Assembly (NCBI GenBank): GCA_021513715.1
Contig: CP084167.1
Span: 3,008,001 to 3,072,000 of the forward strand
Source of the DNA: Candidatus Heimdallarchaeum endolithica
GTDB taxonomy: Archaea > Asgardarchaeota > Heimdallarchaeia > Heimdallarchaeales > Heimdallarchaeaceae
Reading direction: 5' to 3'
Length of the DNA: 64,000 nucleotides
Position numbers and translations under genes: made by a program. Within the stretch, counting starts at the first letter, position 1; each line of letters starts with the position of its first letter. Positions 19,583-29,623 of the stretch are shown here, piece after piece. The notes under the pieces were generated by a model, which did no database searches, was not told where the DNA came from, and saw only the letters and a program-made list of their open reading frames with translations.

Positions 19583-20695
19583 ATGCCTGAAAAAAACCAA
19601 ACTAAAGAAACAAAAAGTGCAAAAAAAGAACCTAAAACAAAGAAGACTTTAAGCAAAGAAGACCTGAAAGAACCTAAAGATGACAATTGGATAGATGAAA
19701 TCGTAAGTAAAAAGGAAAAAACGATTGCTAAAGAAAAAATTAGTGATGCCCCAATACGTTCAATTCCTGGAATTGGTCCTGCTGTAGCAGAAAAATTGAT
19801 GTCTGCAGGATATTTAACTCTTACCTCTGTAGCTCATGCTTCTCCCATGGAATTAGTTGAGTTTTGTGAAATCGGAGAACAAACCGCAAATAAGATTATT
19901 TCGACAGCAAGATCTCAGGTAGGTATTGGTTTTAAAAAAGCAAGTGAAATTTTGAACTTAAGAGAAAAAGTCTCAAAAATTCCTACTGGAAGTAAGGCAC
20001 TTGATTCTTTATTAATGGGCGGAATAGAAACCAAATCCATTACTGAATTATCTGGTGAGTTTAGAACAGGAAAAAGTCAGATATGTTTTCAGCTTTGTGT
20101 AAATACAGCTTTAGATAAAAAACATGGAGGACTAGAATCTGGCGTGATCTTTATTGATACTGAAGGAACTTTTAGACCTGAAAGGATTATTGATATGTGT
20201 GGACGTTTTGGAAAAGATGTTGACACTGAACAAGTTTTAAATAGAATTAATGTAGGTAGAGCCTATAATTCAGATCACCAAATGCTTCTTGTTCTTGAAA
20301 GCCCTAAGATAATTACTGAAAATAATGTAAAACTTATTGTAATTGATTCTCTCACTAGTCACTTTAGAGCAGAATATACAGGCAAAGGAACTATTTTAGA
20401 AAGACAACAGAAGTTAAACAAATTTTTGCATCAACTTCTTCGTTTAGCTGATGTCTATGATTTAGCAATTGTTGTAACAAATCAAGTACAAACAAAACCA
20501 GATGTGCTGATTGGTGAGTCTACTACTCCTATAGGAGGAAACATCGTTGCACATTCATGTACTACAAGAATATTTCTAAGAAAAGGTAAAGGGGATAAAA
20601 GAATTGCAAGAGTGATTGACAGTCCAAGTATTCCAGAAACAGAAGCTATTTTCAGAATAACAAAAATAGGAATAGAAGATGTGGACAGTTCTTAA
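19583..20695 (+). CDS. radA: DNA repair and recombination protein RadA
   Basis: HhH (IPGIGP), polymerization motif FKKA, Walker A GEFRTGKS, IDTEGTFRPER, VTNQV. Confidence 0.95.
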   Translation: MPEKNQTKETKSAKKEPKTKKTLSKEDLKEPKDDNWIDEIVSKKEKTIAKEKISDAPIRSIPGIGPAVAEKLMSAGYLTLTSVAHASPMELVEFCEIGEQTANKIISTARSQVGIGFKKASEILNLREKVSKIPTGSKALDSLLMGGIETKSITELSGEFRTGKSQICFQLCVNTALDKKHGGLESGVIFIDTEGTFRPERIIDMCGRFGKDVDTEQVLNRINVGRAYNSDHQMLLVLESPKIITENNVKLIVIDSLTSHFRAEYTGKGTILERQQKLNKFLHQLLRLADVYDLAIVVTNQVQTKPDVLIGESTTPIGGNIVAHSCTTRIFLRKGKGDKRIARVIDSPSIPETEAIFRITKIGIEDVDSS

Positions 20696-20822
20696 AATGA
20701 ATTTTTTAGTCAAAAATTAAATCCCTTTTTTTCATTGCGACTTACAAAATCTTTAAGTATTAAAATTATAATTATTAGACTGATATAGATTAAAATATCA
20801 TTTCAAAGCATGGTGAATATTT

Positions 20823-21608
20823 ATGGCAGAAGAAAATGAAGGAACATCTGTAGGAGAAGCTATAAAGATTACAGAATTAGAAAATGAAAAGAAAAAACTG
20901 GAAGAAAAAGTCCAAGCTTTAACAGAAGAGGTTAATAAGTTAAAAGAAGAAAATACTTCTTTAGTAGAAAAAAATAATGAACTAACAGAAAAACTGAACA
21001 GTTTAGAACAATCCTCTGGAGTAGCCGAAGAAAAAGAAGAAGAAATAAACGAACTAAAAGAAAAGCTTTCTTCTACTCAGCAAGAAAAAGAGAATTTAAA
21101 CCAAGAGTTACAAAAACTAAAGGATGAGATGTTACGAAAAGATGAAGAATTGAATTCAAAAAATAGAGAACTAAATACAATAAAAGAACAACTCGATGAA
21201 AAGCAAAAAATGATAGATCAATTAAAAGAAGGAGTATCAAAAATTGAAAGAAGTAAAACTGAACTAGAATCACAATTAACTTCCATAAATGATGAAAAAA
21301 TGGAAGTAGAATCTAAATACAACGAGTTACTAAAAGAAACATCAAAACTAGATGAATTAAAGACATCACTTCAAGAAAAAGAAGAAGCGTTAAGAAGATT
21401 CCAGATAATTGCTGAAACTGATCCATCTTATGCTTGGTTAACTACACTAGAACAATACAAAGTTATTGAACTTAAGAGATTAGCAATGTCTGCTGGTGCT
21501 TCAACTCATGCTATTCTTCAATATGTCAAAAAATTAGAAGCTGCTGGTCTTGTTGAACTAGAATTTCACGGCAGAGAAGATAGCAATCCTGTTGTAAAAT
21601 TGAAATAG
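20823..21608 (+). CDS. Long coiled-coil protein with C-terminal winged-helix-like domain
   Basis: About 190 aa of E/K heptads, then IELKRLAMSAG..ILQYVKKLEAAGLVEL. Confidence 0.7.
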   Translation: MAEENEGTSVGEAIKITELENEKKKLEEKVQALTEEVNKLKEENTSLVEKNNELTEKLNSLEQSSGVAEEKEEEINELKEKLSSTQQEKENLNQELQKLKDEMLRKDEELNSKNRELNTIKEQLDEKQKMIDQLKEGVSKIERSKTELESQLTSINDEKMEVESKYNELLKETSKLDELKTSLQEKEEALRRFQIIAETDPSYAWLTTLEQYKVIELKRLAMSAGASTHAILQYVKKLEAAGLVELEFHGREDSNPVVKLK

Positions 21609-21658
21609 TTACATTTTACTTTCTTTATTTTTATCTTTTTGATTTTTATGGTTTTTTA

Positions 21659-22360
21659 TTACTTGAAAAGAGACTTAAAATATAACCAAATGACTCGTTT
21701 ATTTATTTTTGAGGACCCATAGTCCCTATGACCAAAGTCATATTCCACTTCTTGAATTTTTAATTTATTAGGAAAGGTTTTTAGAAAATCAAAAAGTACT
21801 TTGTAGCCCTCTAGAGCAAACTTATGCTCTTTTTTTTGGATTATGTCTTTCCATATTTCAGTTCTTGAAGCAAAAAAGCCAGACATAATATCTTGACATT
21901 TATTCTTATTTCTTAAAAATAAAACTATTTTTCCTAGTATAGTGGCTGAATAAGATATTAATTTTCTGTGAAAAGACCACTTCTCCTTTACTTTTCTTCT
22001 TTTTCCCACCACTAAATCAAATCCATTATTTAATTTTTCATGAAATTCAGGGATTTTTTTAGGTGGATGTTGAAGATCTGCGTCCATTACTAAAAAATAA
22101 GTACTTTCTGTTTGTAGAATCGCATCTAAAACACTCGCTGTTAAACCATGAACAGGATTTTTACTTCTGTCCAGAAATTGAACATTTAGGTTTCCTTTGA
22201 ATGACATAACATTTAATTTTGTATTATCTGTGGAGCCATCATCTGTAACAATTACTTTAGCTCCTGGAGCACATTGTTCTAATTTTTCTAATAATATTTG
22301 GATAGCTTTTTCCTCGTTAAGAGTAGGGATAATTATCGTTAAATCGGAGAAAGTATTCAT
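21659..22360 (-). CDS. GT2 glycosyltransferase, dolichol-phosphate mannose synthase-like
   Basis: IIIPTLNE, DDGSTD, MDADLQHPP, DIMSGFF. Confidence 0.9.
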   Translation of the reverse strand: MNTFSDLTIIIPTLNEEKAIQILLEKLEQCAPGAKVIVTDDGSTDNTKLNVMSFKGNLNVQFLDRSKNPVHGLTASVLDAILQTESTYFLVMDADLQHPPKKIPEFHEKLNNGFDLVVGKRRKVKEKWSFHRKLISYSATILGKIVLFLRNKNKCQDIMSGFFASRTEIWKDIIQKKEHKFALEGYKVLFDFLKTFPNKLKIQEVEYDFGHRDYGSSKINKRVIWLYFKSLFK

Positions 22361-22524
22361 TGGATAACTTTTTGTGTTTGTTATAAAAATATTAAGATGA
22401 AAATTCTTTTTTATATAAAAAAATTTTTTAGTTAAATTTCTTTAAAGTATTGATTGTAAGATATTTCCCTTATCAGTAAATATTTAAGGGATTTGAAATA
22501 AATTAATTTGTAGAGGATAGAGAT

Positions 22525-23211
22525 ATGAGTATTTATATAGTCGAAAAAACAGGAGAACTTTCTACATGTCATGATAAAGATCACGCATTAAAATCAGAAA
22601 ATGTTTTAATTGTTGTTTCACATATGGATAAAAAGGTATATACATGGGTGGGGTCTAGAGCATCACCACAGTCAAAATTTGCTTGTGCGAGAGAAACAGC
22701 TCGAATGAGAGTGGAACTTGGATATCGTGCAGTAAATCTTGAGGAAGCTGATACGACAGAGTCTTTTTTGAGAGCAATAGATGAAGCCCTAAATGGTGCT
22801 GATAGACCAGGGACAAGTTTTAGACCAAAACCAGTTCCTTATTCTTCTCAAATAAAGGAAGATAAAAGAGAAAAAATCCACGAAACACCAAAAAAAGATA
22901 CCAAAAATGTAGAATCAAAGGAAATAAAGGCTTCTGTTACACCTACAGTAAAGCTTGATGCTTTATCACCAAAAGTTCTTGATATTAATTACGTAGTAAA
23001 ACAGACTTCAGCTCTTCCACAGATAAATGGAATGATCAGAGATTATATTATAATAGGAGATAAACTCTATATTGCTCCTGATGAAGATACTTCTGAAGTA
23101 GCAATAATGGATTCTCTTCCAGACGGAGGGTTTGTTGCAGAAGATTATTTGCCAAGATTATATATAGAAAATGGTAGAGTGATAGCAGTAGAACTATGGA
23201 GAGAGCAATAG
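22525..23211 (+). CDS. Single-domain gelsolin-like protein with extra C-terminal domain (Asgard 1DGelX-like)
   Basis: Gelsolin signature SENVLIV..KKVYTWVGSRAS..KFAC, charged linker, beta-rich C-terminal domain. Confidence 0.7.
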   Translation: MSIYIVEKTGELSTCHDKDHALKSENVLIVVSHMDKKVYTWVGSRASPQSKFACARETARMRVELGYRAVNLEEADTTESFLRAIDEALNGADRPGTSFRPKPVPYSSQIKEDKREKIHETPKKDTKNVESKEIKASVTPTVKLDALSPKVLDINYVVKQTSALPQINGMIRDYIIIGDKLYIAPDEDTSEVAIMDSLPDGGFVAEDYLPRLYIENGRVIAVELWREQ

Positions 23212-23227
23212 GTTCTTTTTATTTAAA

Positions 23228-24227
23228 GCATGTCCAAAAATTCTTTTTCACCTACTAAACGGTCCGAAGGAGTAAAAGGTAGTTGTAACAGAGAAGAGAA
23301 CTGTACAAGGTAGAGAGGATGGTGGAGGGTAAACGATCAAGGATTGGGGGAAGAGAGAGTTTAAGGAGACCAAAGACGTGTTCAATACTACTACGATACT
23401 CGGGATGATGATTACGACGATACAGACCAGGGTAGAGACGATGAGCTTGAACTATTGGTCCGAGGGGAGGAGGAGAGGGATAACGAGCATTACTTTTTGG
23501 GGGAATAACAGGAAAAAAGGAATGTTGGCTAAGAAGTCCAACGATATTTTCTGTCCAGTAGGCACAGTCTCCATAAAATCGCAAGAAAGGTCTCAAGAGT
23601 GCAGAAGGAAGTTTCTGCCAGAGTAAACCGAAGACTTTACTATCGTGAGTGTTACTAGCAGAATGAGCGAGAGAGACTATAGCTCGAGAGGGTAAACCAA
23701 CTATAAGGTGTATCTTCCAGAAAAGTTTAGAGGTTTTCTTTAGTGTCCCTCTTGACCATTTGAGAAAACGCCAAACAGAAGCTTGACGGATTTTAAACCC
23801 TGAACTATCCACTGCCATAGCTTTCAAGCCTTTTTTCCTCACTATTTCCCTACCTAAATCTATTATCCACTGCTCTAAGATTTTACTTTCTGTCGCTCTC
23901 CACACTGCATGAAAAGTAGATTTAGAAGGAATCTTCTTCATCCACCCCTCTTCTATCAAAAAATCGCATAAAGACAACTTTTCCTCTAACTTCCTCCAAG
24001 CTATCCCTTCTATTCTAGCAATGATTGCTAAAGCCAGTATCACCCATCTTTCTGCTATTCTCTTTCTCCCTCTCTTGCTTTCTCTCGGTTCCTCTTTCAC
24101 CAGTTTCTTAAGGAAAGGTTCATTAATGATTATGAATTCTCTTGCTTTGTGGGGGTCTATGATCTGAAAGAAATTCATACTTCCGACATAAACCCCCACA
24201 TTAATAAAAATTAATTTTTGGACATGC
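23228..24227 (-). mobile_element. Intact insertion sequence (IS5/IS4-like DDE), 1000 bp
   Basis: 15-bp perfect TIRs GCATGTCCAAAAATT (23228-23242, 24213-24227); 10-bp direct repeat TTTATTTAAA (23218-23227, 24228-24237). Confidence 0.92.
23255..24199 (-). CDS. DDE transposase (DDE_Tnp_1, IS5-like)
   Basis: AVDSSG, KIHL, HDS, GDCAY, R-x3-E-x6-K (RSSIEHVFGLLK). Confidence 0.92.
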   Translation of the reverse strand: MGVYVGSMNFFQIIDPHKAREFIIINEPFLKKLVKEEPRESKRGRKRIAERWVILALAIIARIEGIAWRKLEEKLSLCDFLIEEGWMKKIPSKSTFHAVWRATESKILEQWIIDLGREIVRKKGLKAMAVDSSGFKIRQASVWRFLKWSRGTLKKTSKLFWKIHLIVGLPSRAIVSLAHSASNTHDSKVFGLLWQKLPSALLRPFLRFYGDCAYWTENIVGLLSQHSFFPVIPPKSNARYPSPPPLGPIVQAHRLYPGLYRRNHHPEYRSSIEHVFGLLKLSLPPILDRLPSTILSTLYSSLLCYNYLLLLRTV

Positions 24228-24334
24228 TTTATTTAAATTATTTAGAATTTTTAATATAAATAAAAATAATAATTTTTTTACTTAAAAAGTACTAAACAAA
24301 CTTGACTAGTGTTCTTTTGTTTCTTTAGATATTT

Positions 24335-24874
24335 TTATTTTTCATTTAGTTTTTCCATTACTTGCTTAACTATTGTAACATAAACATCGTTTACTCCTGC
24401 TCCTAGTTTAGCAGAAGTTTCAAGAACTTGATAACCTTTGCTTTCCCACTCTTTTTTAGCTTGCTCATAAGAAACAGCTCTCTGTTCTTCTAGGTCTGTT
24501 TTATTTCCAACGATAATGATTGGAATATCTGGGACCTTATTTTCTATTTCTGAAATCCAGTAAGAAATATTTTCATATGATTCTTTTCTAGTAATATCAT
24601 AAACAACTACTGCACCGTGAGCTCCAGTATAATATCTTTTTCTTAATGAAGCTAGACGTTCTTGTCCTACTGTATCAAATAGTACCATTTTTATTTTTGT
24701 ATCTTCATCGATATCAACTTCCTTACTATAAAAGTCTACACCCAATGTAGGGAGGTAATTGACAGAAAATTTGTTTTTTGTATATCTTACTGCGATACTT
24801 GTTTTTCCAACACTGTAGTCTCCTACGTTAATTATCTTTACAATAAAGGTGACATTTTTATTTGAACCTAACAT
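24335..24874 (-). CDS. Rab-like small GTPase
   Basis: GDYSVGKTS, PTLGVDF, DTVGQE, YYTGAHG, GNKTDL, ETSAK. Confidence 0.95.
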   Translation of the reverse strand: MLGSNKNVTFIVKIINVGDYSVGKTSIAVRYTKNKFSVNYLPTLGVDFYSKEVDIDEDTKIKMVLFDTVGQERLASLRKRYYTGAHGAVVVYDITRKESYENISYWISEIENKVPDIPIIIVGNKTDLEEQRAVSYEQAKKEWESKGYQVLETSAKLGAGVNDVYVTIVKQVMEKLNEK

Positions 24875-25037
24875 TTACAGTACAACTCTAGTATTTTTAG
24901 ACTTCATTACTATTTTATATAATTACGTTTTATATTTTTTGTATCTGTCAACTTAAGAAATCTTCCGAATAAGTTATAAGTGATAAACTCTAATAACGAT
25001 TAGTCAGTATACTGATTTGTTATGTGAGGATAAAAGC

Positions 25038-25907
25038 ATGTCTTCAAAAGTAATAGAGTCAATAGCTTATAGCTATGTAGGAAGATTAATTGAGCCCTAT
25101 TTAACAGAATTCGAAGGTTTAAGGACCACCCTGAAAAAAGCTGGAATAGAACAAAGTGTAAGGATGTATTTAAGCATTCGCCTATTCTGGTCTATTGTAT
25201 TGTCTATAGTTTCACTCTTTATTCTGATAGCTGTGAAAATACTTGTTCCAAGTTTTTCAGTTATACTAGTTGTCATATTGCCTGTTTTAATTTTATTGAC
25301 AATGTTTGTAATAACATGGGTATACCCAAGTTATTTGATAGGTGAAAGAAAAAGAAAATTAGAAGCTGCTTTACCCACTGCAGCAAGCTATATGACTGCT
25401 ATGGCTTCTGCAGGTGTTACTCCAGATAAAATTTTTCTAGCTTTGTCAAAGGAAGAAAGTATAGGTGAAGCTATTGTTAAAGATGCTAAAAAGATCTCTC
25501 GAGATATTCAAGTTTTTGGTTATGATATTGTTCACGCTTTAAGCGAAGCATCATCACGTTCTCCATCTCCTAAGTATTCAAGTTACTTAGAGGGGATTGT
25601 TGCCACTTTTACTTCAGGAGGAGAACTTCAACGATTTTTAGAAGTTTCTACTGAAAACTTAATGAGAGATAAGGTTCAAACTGAAAAGAATTTTATTGAA
25701 GCATTAGGTTTAACTGCAGAACTGTACATGGTTGTAGGTGTTGTAACGCCTATTTTCTTTATCGTTATAATTGCAATGATGGCTATGTTAGGTGGAAGTG
25801 CAAATACTGGAGCTAATGCCTTATTAGCAATTACAGTTTACATAGTCATACCCGTTGGAATGCTGGTAATTATTCTTTTAGTGGACATGCAACAACCAGA
25901 GGATTAA
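25038..25907 (+). CDS. Type IV pilus platform protein (TadC/PilC, T2SS-F family) 1
   Basis: LEAALP..MASAG, GYDIVHAL..SPS..SGGEL; TM segments. Confidence 0.9.
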   Translation: MSSKVIESIAYSYVGRLIEPYLTEFEGLRTTLKKAGIEQSVRMYLSIRLFWSIVLSIVSLFILIAVKILVPSFSVILVVILPVLILLTMFVITWVYPSYLIGERKRKLEAALPTAASYMTAMASAGVTPDKIFLALSKEESIGEAIVKDAKKISRDIQVFGYDIVHALSEASSRSPSPKYSSYLEGIVATFTSGGELQRFLEVSTENLMRDKVQTEKNFIEALGLTAELYMVVGVVTPIFFIVIIAMMAMLGGSANTGANALLAITVYIVIPVGMLVIILLVDMQQPED

Positions 25908-25917
25908 GGTGAGTTAA

Positions 25918-26820
25918 ATGGCAATTAAAGATGAAGTTGAGATAAAAATAAAAGAGTTTCAGATTAGTGTTGATATGATCTATTGGGTTATAGCCATTTT
26001 CGCTGGATTAGTGTTGGTAGTGTTGGGCATTTTGGATTATATTTCTTCTACTGATTTGATTACTATCCTAGATATCAATGATTTTGTTATACTAGCAATA
26101 ATAATTTCTCTTGGAATTCCAACCTTTTTAGTAGTTTACAGAGAAGAACGCAGACAAGCTCGTATTGATGCGAATTTGCCTTATCTTCTTCGTGAAATTT
26201 CTAATGCTCAACGTACAGGTATGAGCCTTCCTCGAGCAATAAAAGAAGCAGCAAAAAGGCATTATGGTCCATTAACCCCTGAGTTACGTAAAATGTCAAG
26301 CAAAATCTCTTGGGGTATTCCTTTCAGTAAAGCTATGACAGATTTTCAAAATGCAATAAATACTCAAATGGCTCAGAGAGCAACAATTCTGATTCTTGAA
26401 GCAGAACGCTCTGGAGGAAATCTTGAAGACATTTTTGAATCAACTGAGAAGCATGTTCAACAATTACTTGATCTTAAAAAGGAGAGAGAAGGAGCAATGA
26501 AACCTTATTTAATGATTTGTTATGCAGCATACATTATTTTCGTTTTAGTGGTCTTTATACTATTTCAAACATTCTTTTATCCTTTCGGTACATTAGATGT
26601 TTCTAGTGAGATGTTTAGTTTTAATATTGATTTACACACACTCTCTGTTTTATTCCTTCACATGTTAGCTGTTCAAGGTTTCTTTACTGGACTTGTTGCA
26701 GGAAAAATGGCTAAAACAAAAGTTAAAGCAGGATTAATGCATTCTGTGATTTTAATGTTTGTTGGATGGTTTGCATTTAAAGTTCTCATTCAAAATCAAC
26801 TTATTACATTAAATTTGTAA
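25918..26820 (+). CDS. Type IV pilus platform protein (TadC/PilC, T2SS-F family) 2
   Basis: IDANLPYLLRE..GMSL..YGPLTPE..ISWG, SGGNL, GLVAGKM. Confidence 0.9.
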   Translation: MAIKDEVEIKIKEFQISVDMIYWVIAIFAGLVLVVLGILDYISSTDLITILDINDFVILAIIISLGIPTFLVVYREERRQARIDANLPYLLREISNAQRTGMSLPRAIKEAAKRHYGPLTPELRKMSSKISWGIPFSKAMTDFQNAINTQMAQRATILILEAERSGGNLEDIFESTEKHVQQLLDLKKEREGAMKPYLMICYAAYIIFVLVVFILFQTFFYPFGTLDVSSEMFSFNIDLHTLSVLFLHMLAVQGFFTGLVAGKMAKTKVKAGLMHSVILMFVGWFAFKVLIQNQLITLNL

Positions 26821-26829
26821 GGTGATTAT

Positions 26830-27258
26830 ATGGTAAAAATAGAAACTGAAATAAAAAATATCAAAGCAGATATTGAGGAACTAAAACGAACATTGAACCA
26901 AATGAACTTTAATTTGGTTAGAATAATGGGTACTATAGAAAAAGGTATTGCTAGTGTATCGACAACAGAAGATGGAGGAAAGGTTGTTACTTCTGGAGTT
27001 TCTGTTGATTTAGGACCAATAGAGGATAAAATAGAAAAACTAGGAAAAGAGATGGTGACTAAAGAAGAAATGAATAAGCTTGAAACTCAAGTCTCAGAAA
27101 TAGTATCTGAAAAAATCAAAAAAGCTGAAGAAACACAAGAAAGAGCACATAATCTGCTTGAAAAAGGAATGGAACTAGTGGAATTACAATCAACTTTGGC
27201 GGAAATAAAAACGCTATTAGAAGAAAGGATTCTCGGAGATTTAGAAGAAGAAGAATAA
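26830..27258 (+). CDS. Coiled-coil hypothetical protein within pilus operon
   Basis: Heptad-rich; AGGTGA SD; 9-bp spacing from upstream gene. Confidence 0.75.
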   Translation: MVKIETEIKNIKADIEELKRTLNQMNFNLVRIMGTIEKGIASVSTTEDGGKVVTSGVSVDLGPIEDKIEKLGKEMVTKEEMNKLETQVSEIVSEKIKKAEETQERAHNLLEKGMELVELQSTLAEIKTLLEERILGDLEEEE

Positions 27259-27265
27259 AAAATAG

Positions 27266-28417
27266 GTGATCAATCCCGTGATTCTAAAAAAACTGAGAAG
27301 AATGAGAAAAGGACAGGTTAGAGGGATAGATTTCGCGTTAGGTATGCTTATTTTTATTATTGCTTTTAGTCAAGTAATAATAGTTCTTACTCATCTTCTT
27401 GTTCCTTCTATAATGCAAATGGAAAATTATTCAGAATATCAAGAATTGGATAAGTTGTATAGTCTATTTTATTATTCAAAAGGTAATCCTTCTAATTGGG
27501 CAACAATAGGTACTTCTTCTTTAACAGACTTTTCTCTGGGTTTAAGCGGTGATGATGGCCAGTTATCCTTTTCTAAGATAAATAGATTAACTTCAGATAT
27601 AGCTGATTATTGGAAAATAGATTATCAATTTGTAAAAACATCTTATGGGCTTTTAAAAGATTTTGCTATTTCTGTAGATTCAGCAATTAAAATTCAAATA
27701 GATAGTTTTAGTGCAGGATTTGGAACACTTACTGTGACAGGACAAGTTCTAGAAGATTCAACCTCTGTTGAAAATGTTGATATCACTGCTTTTGTACTAG
27801 ATAAAGAAAATAATGTGTTTACTAATATTACAACAACAAAAAAGAATTCAAATGAAGTTAATTTTATCTCAAGTTTTTCATTGACTACTTCAAACTATTA
27901 TACAATTGTAATCTTTGCTAATATCGATGACATCTATGAATCATACTATGTTTTTAGGATCTATAAAGCAGATGATAGTTTTGAATATGAAGAGGTGGAT
28001 TTTAACTTTAGACCATTGGTTTTAGAGAATAAAGAAAAACATTCTTCAGCAATTGATGTTCGTTTTTCTAGTCCTGCAATAACAGATGAAGCAGTAGCTA
28101 CTGTTTTATTTTCAAAAAGAGATGTTGGAAAAAGCTTCTATAATCAAACTCTATCTCAACAATCTTCATTAGAAGAAGGGAACTTCTATTTAGGGACAAA
28201 TATTCCCATCCCAACTCAAGGGCTTGCAGTTGTTATTGTGCAAGAGAATGATGGGTTAAATTATAGAGCAGGATATATGGGTATACCTATGTTTTTGACA
28301 GAAACTGCTTCGAGCATTTTTGGAAATGAAGGAATTCTTTCTGGAGAATACATCTATTCTTTTGATTTACTTTATGTCAGAAACAGACTAGTTAAATGTC
28401 AAATTTGGGTGAATTAA
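27266..28417 (+). CDS. Pilin-like protein with class III signal peptide (large)
   Basis: RRMRKG|QVRGIDFALGMLIFIIAF followed by a beta-rich domain. Confidence 0.8.
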   Translation: MINPVILKKLRRMRKGQVRGIDFALGMLIFIIAFSQVIIVLTHLLVPSIMQMENYSEYQELDKLYSLFYYSKGNPSNWATIGTSSLTDFSLGLSGDDGQLSFSKINRLTSDIADYWKIDYQFVKTSYGLLKDFAISVDSAIKIQIDSFSAGFGTLTVTGQVLEDSTSVENVDITAFVLDKENNVFTNITTTKKNSNEVNFISSFSLTTSNYYTIVIFANIDDIYESYYVFRIYKADDSFEYEEVDFNFRPLVLENKEKHSSAIDVRFSSPAITDEAVATVLFSKRDVGKSFYNQTLSQQSSLEEGNFYLGTNIPIPTQGLAVVIVQENDGLNYRAGYMGIPMFLTETASSIFGNEGILSGEYIYSFDLLYVRNRLVKCQIWVN

Positions 28418-28885
28418 ATGAGAAAATTGTTAAGGTCTAAAAAAGCACAACTGTTTGTTATTGAAGCTTTTATTGCTGTTTCTGTAATGTTGATAATGGT
28501 TATTGCTATTTATGAAGTACAATTAGCAACAGTTCCTCCGAAAGATCAAGGATATACAGAATTAACCTATAATATACTAGAGGCTCTAGATCAAAGTGGA
28601 CTACTTGAAGAGTATGTTATTGCTCTTAAATCTGGAAATTCAACTAATATCGAAATTGTTCAAGATAATATAAGTTTGGCAGTTTACTCATCATTACCTG
28701 AAAATTCAGATTTTTACTTCTATTGCAAAAATATAACCTCAAACGAGGTAATTACCTCAAGCATAATAAATATTTTAGATACAGAACAAGTGAATATTTT
28801 CACTTCAGAATATCTAGTTACAGAGGTTAATGGGACGTTTGATCCTTATAGTTTCTATTTAGCTGTTTGGGTGGTAGGTGTTTAA
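28418..28885 (+). CDS. Pilin-like protein with class III signal peptide
   Basis: RSKKA|QLFVIEAFIAVSVMLI. Confidence 0.85.
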   Translation: MRKLLRSKKAQLFVIEAFIAVSVMLIMVIAIYEVQLATVPPKDQGYTELTYNILEALDQSGLLEEYVIALKSGNSTNIEIVQDNISLAVYSSLPENSDFYFYCKNITSNEVITSSIINILDTEQVNIFTSEYLVTEVNGTFDPYSFYLAVWVVGV

Positions 28886-29567
28886 TATGAATATAAGAAA
28901 ATTCTTTCAAAATAAAAAAGGAGAAGTATTTATTTTACTTGCTTTGGTTATTCTACTTTATCTAATGTTGTTGTCTACAACAATTTATAACGTTACTCAG
29001 ATTCCTTATATTGAACCTTCACCCGAGCAAGACCAGACAAACAATTATATAGAAAATGCTATTTCTGCACTCTATAATCTTGTTGATGTGGCTCTAAACG
29101 AGTATTCTCATGGCTCTGAAGAAACAACTGTTAGAGGTAATTTTATTGATAATGTTAAAATAATTGAAAATTATCTTGATGAACGTAATCTTGTGGCTAC
29201 TTTCTCAGTAAATGAAACAAGTTTCAGTATTACAAACTCTTCTATGAGTGTAAATCCTGTTTATATATCTTTCAAATGTTCTGTTTCAATCTCAATAATT
29301 TCAATAAATGAAAGATTTGAAACTACTTTAGCAATTAACGTAAGCTATTATGTTGAAATATCTGAACTGTTAGGAAATGAAAATTATATCTATTGCTATT
29401 CAATTAAACAAGGTATAGAATATCCTTTAAGTGATTGTCAAGTTACAATCTCTCCAGCAACTACAGTTACAAATATTGGAGACGGAAGTTATATGGCTGA
29501 CCTCCAAACTGGACAATTAATAAAAGTGGTTTTCAACAATAATATTCTTTTATGGAAAGAAGTGTAA
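28878..29567 (+). CDS. Pilin-like protein with class III signal peptide
   Basis: QNKKG|EVFILLALVILLYL. Confidence 0.8.
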   Translation: MFNMNIRKFFQNKKGEVFILLALVILLYLMLLSTTIYNVTQIPYIEPSPEQDQTNNYIENAISALYNLVDVALNEYSHGSEETTVRGNFIDNVKIIENYLDERNLVATFSVNETSFSITNSSMSVNPVYISFKCSVSISIISINERFETTLAINVSYYVEISELLGNENYIYCYSIKQGIEYPLSDCQVTISPATTVTNIGDGSYMADLQTGQLIKVVFNNNILLWKEV

Positions 29568-29623
29568 AAAAAGAAGGATGAGAGAAGTAAAAATTTACTC
29601 TTGTATTCATTTTTATTCTTTTA

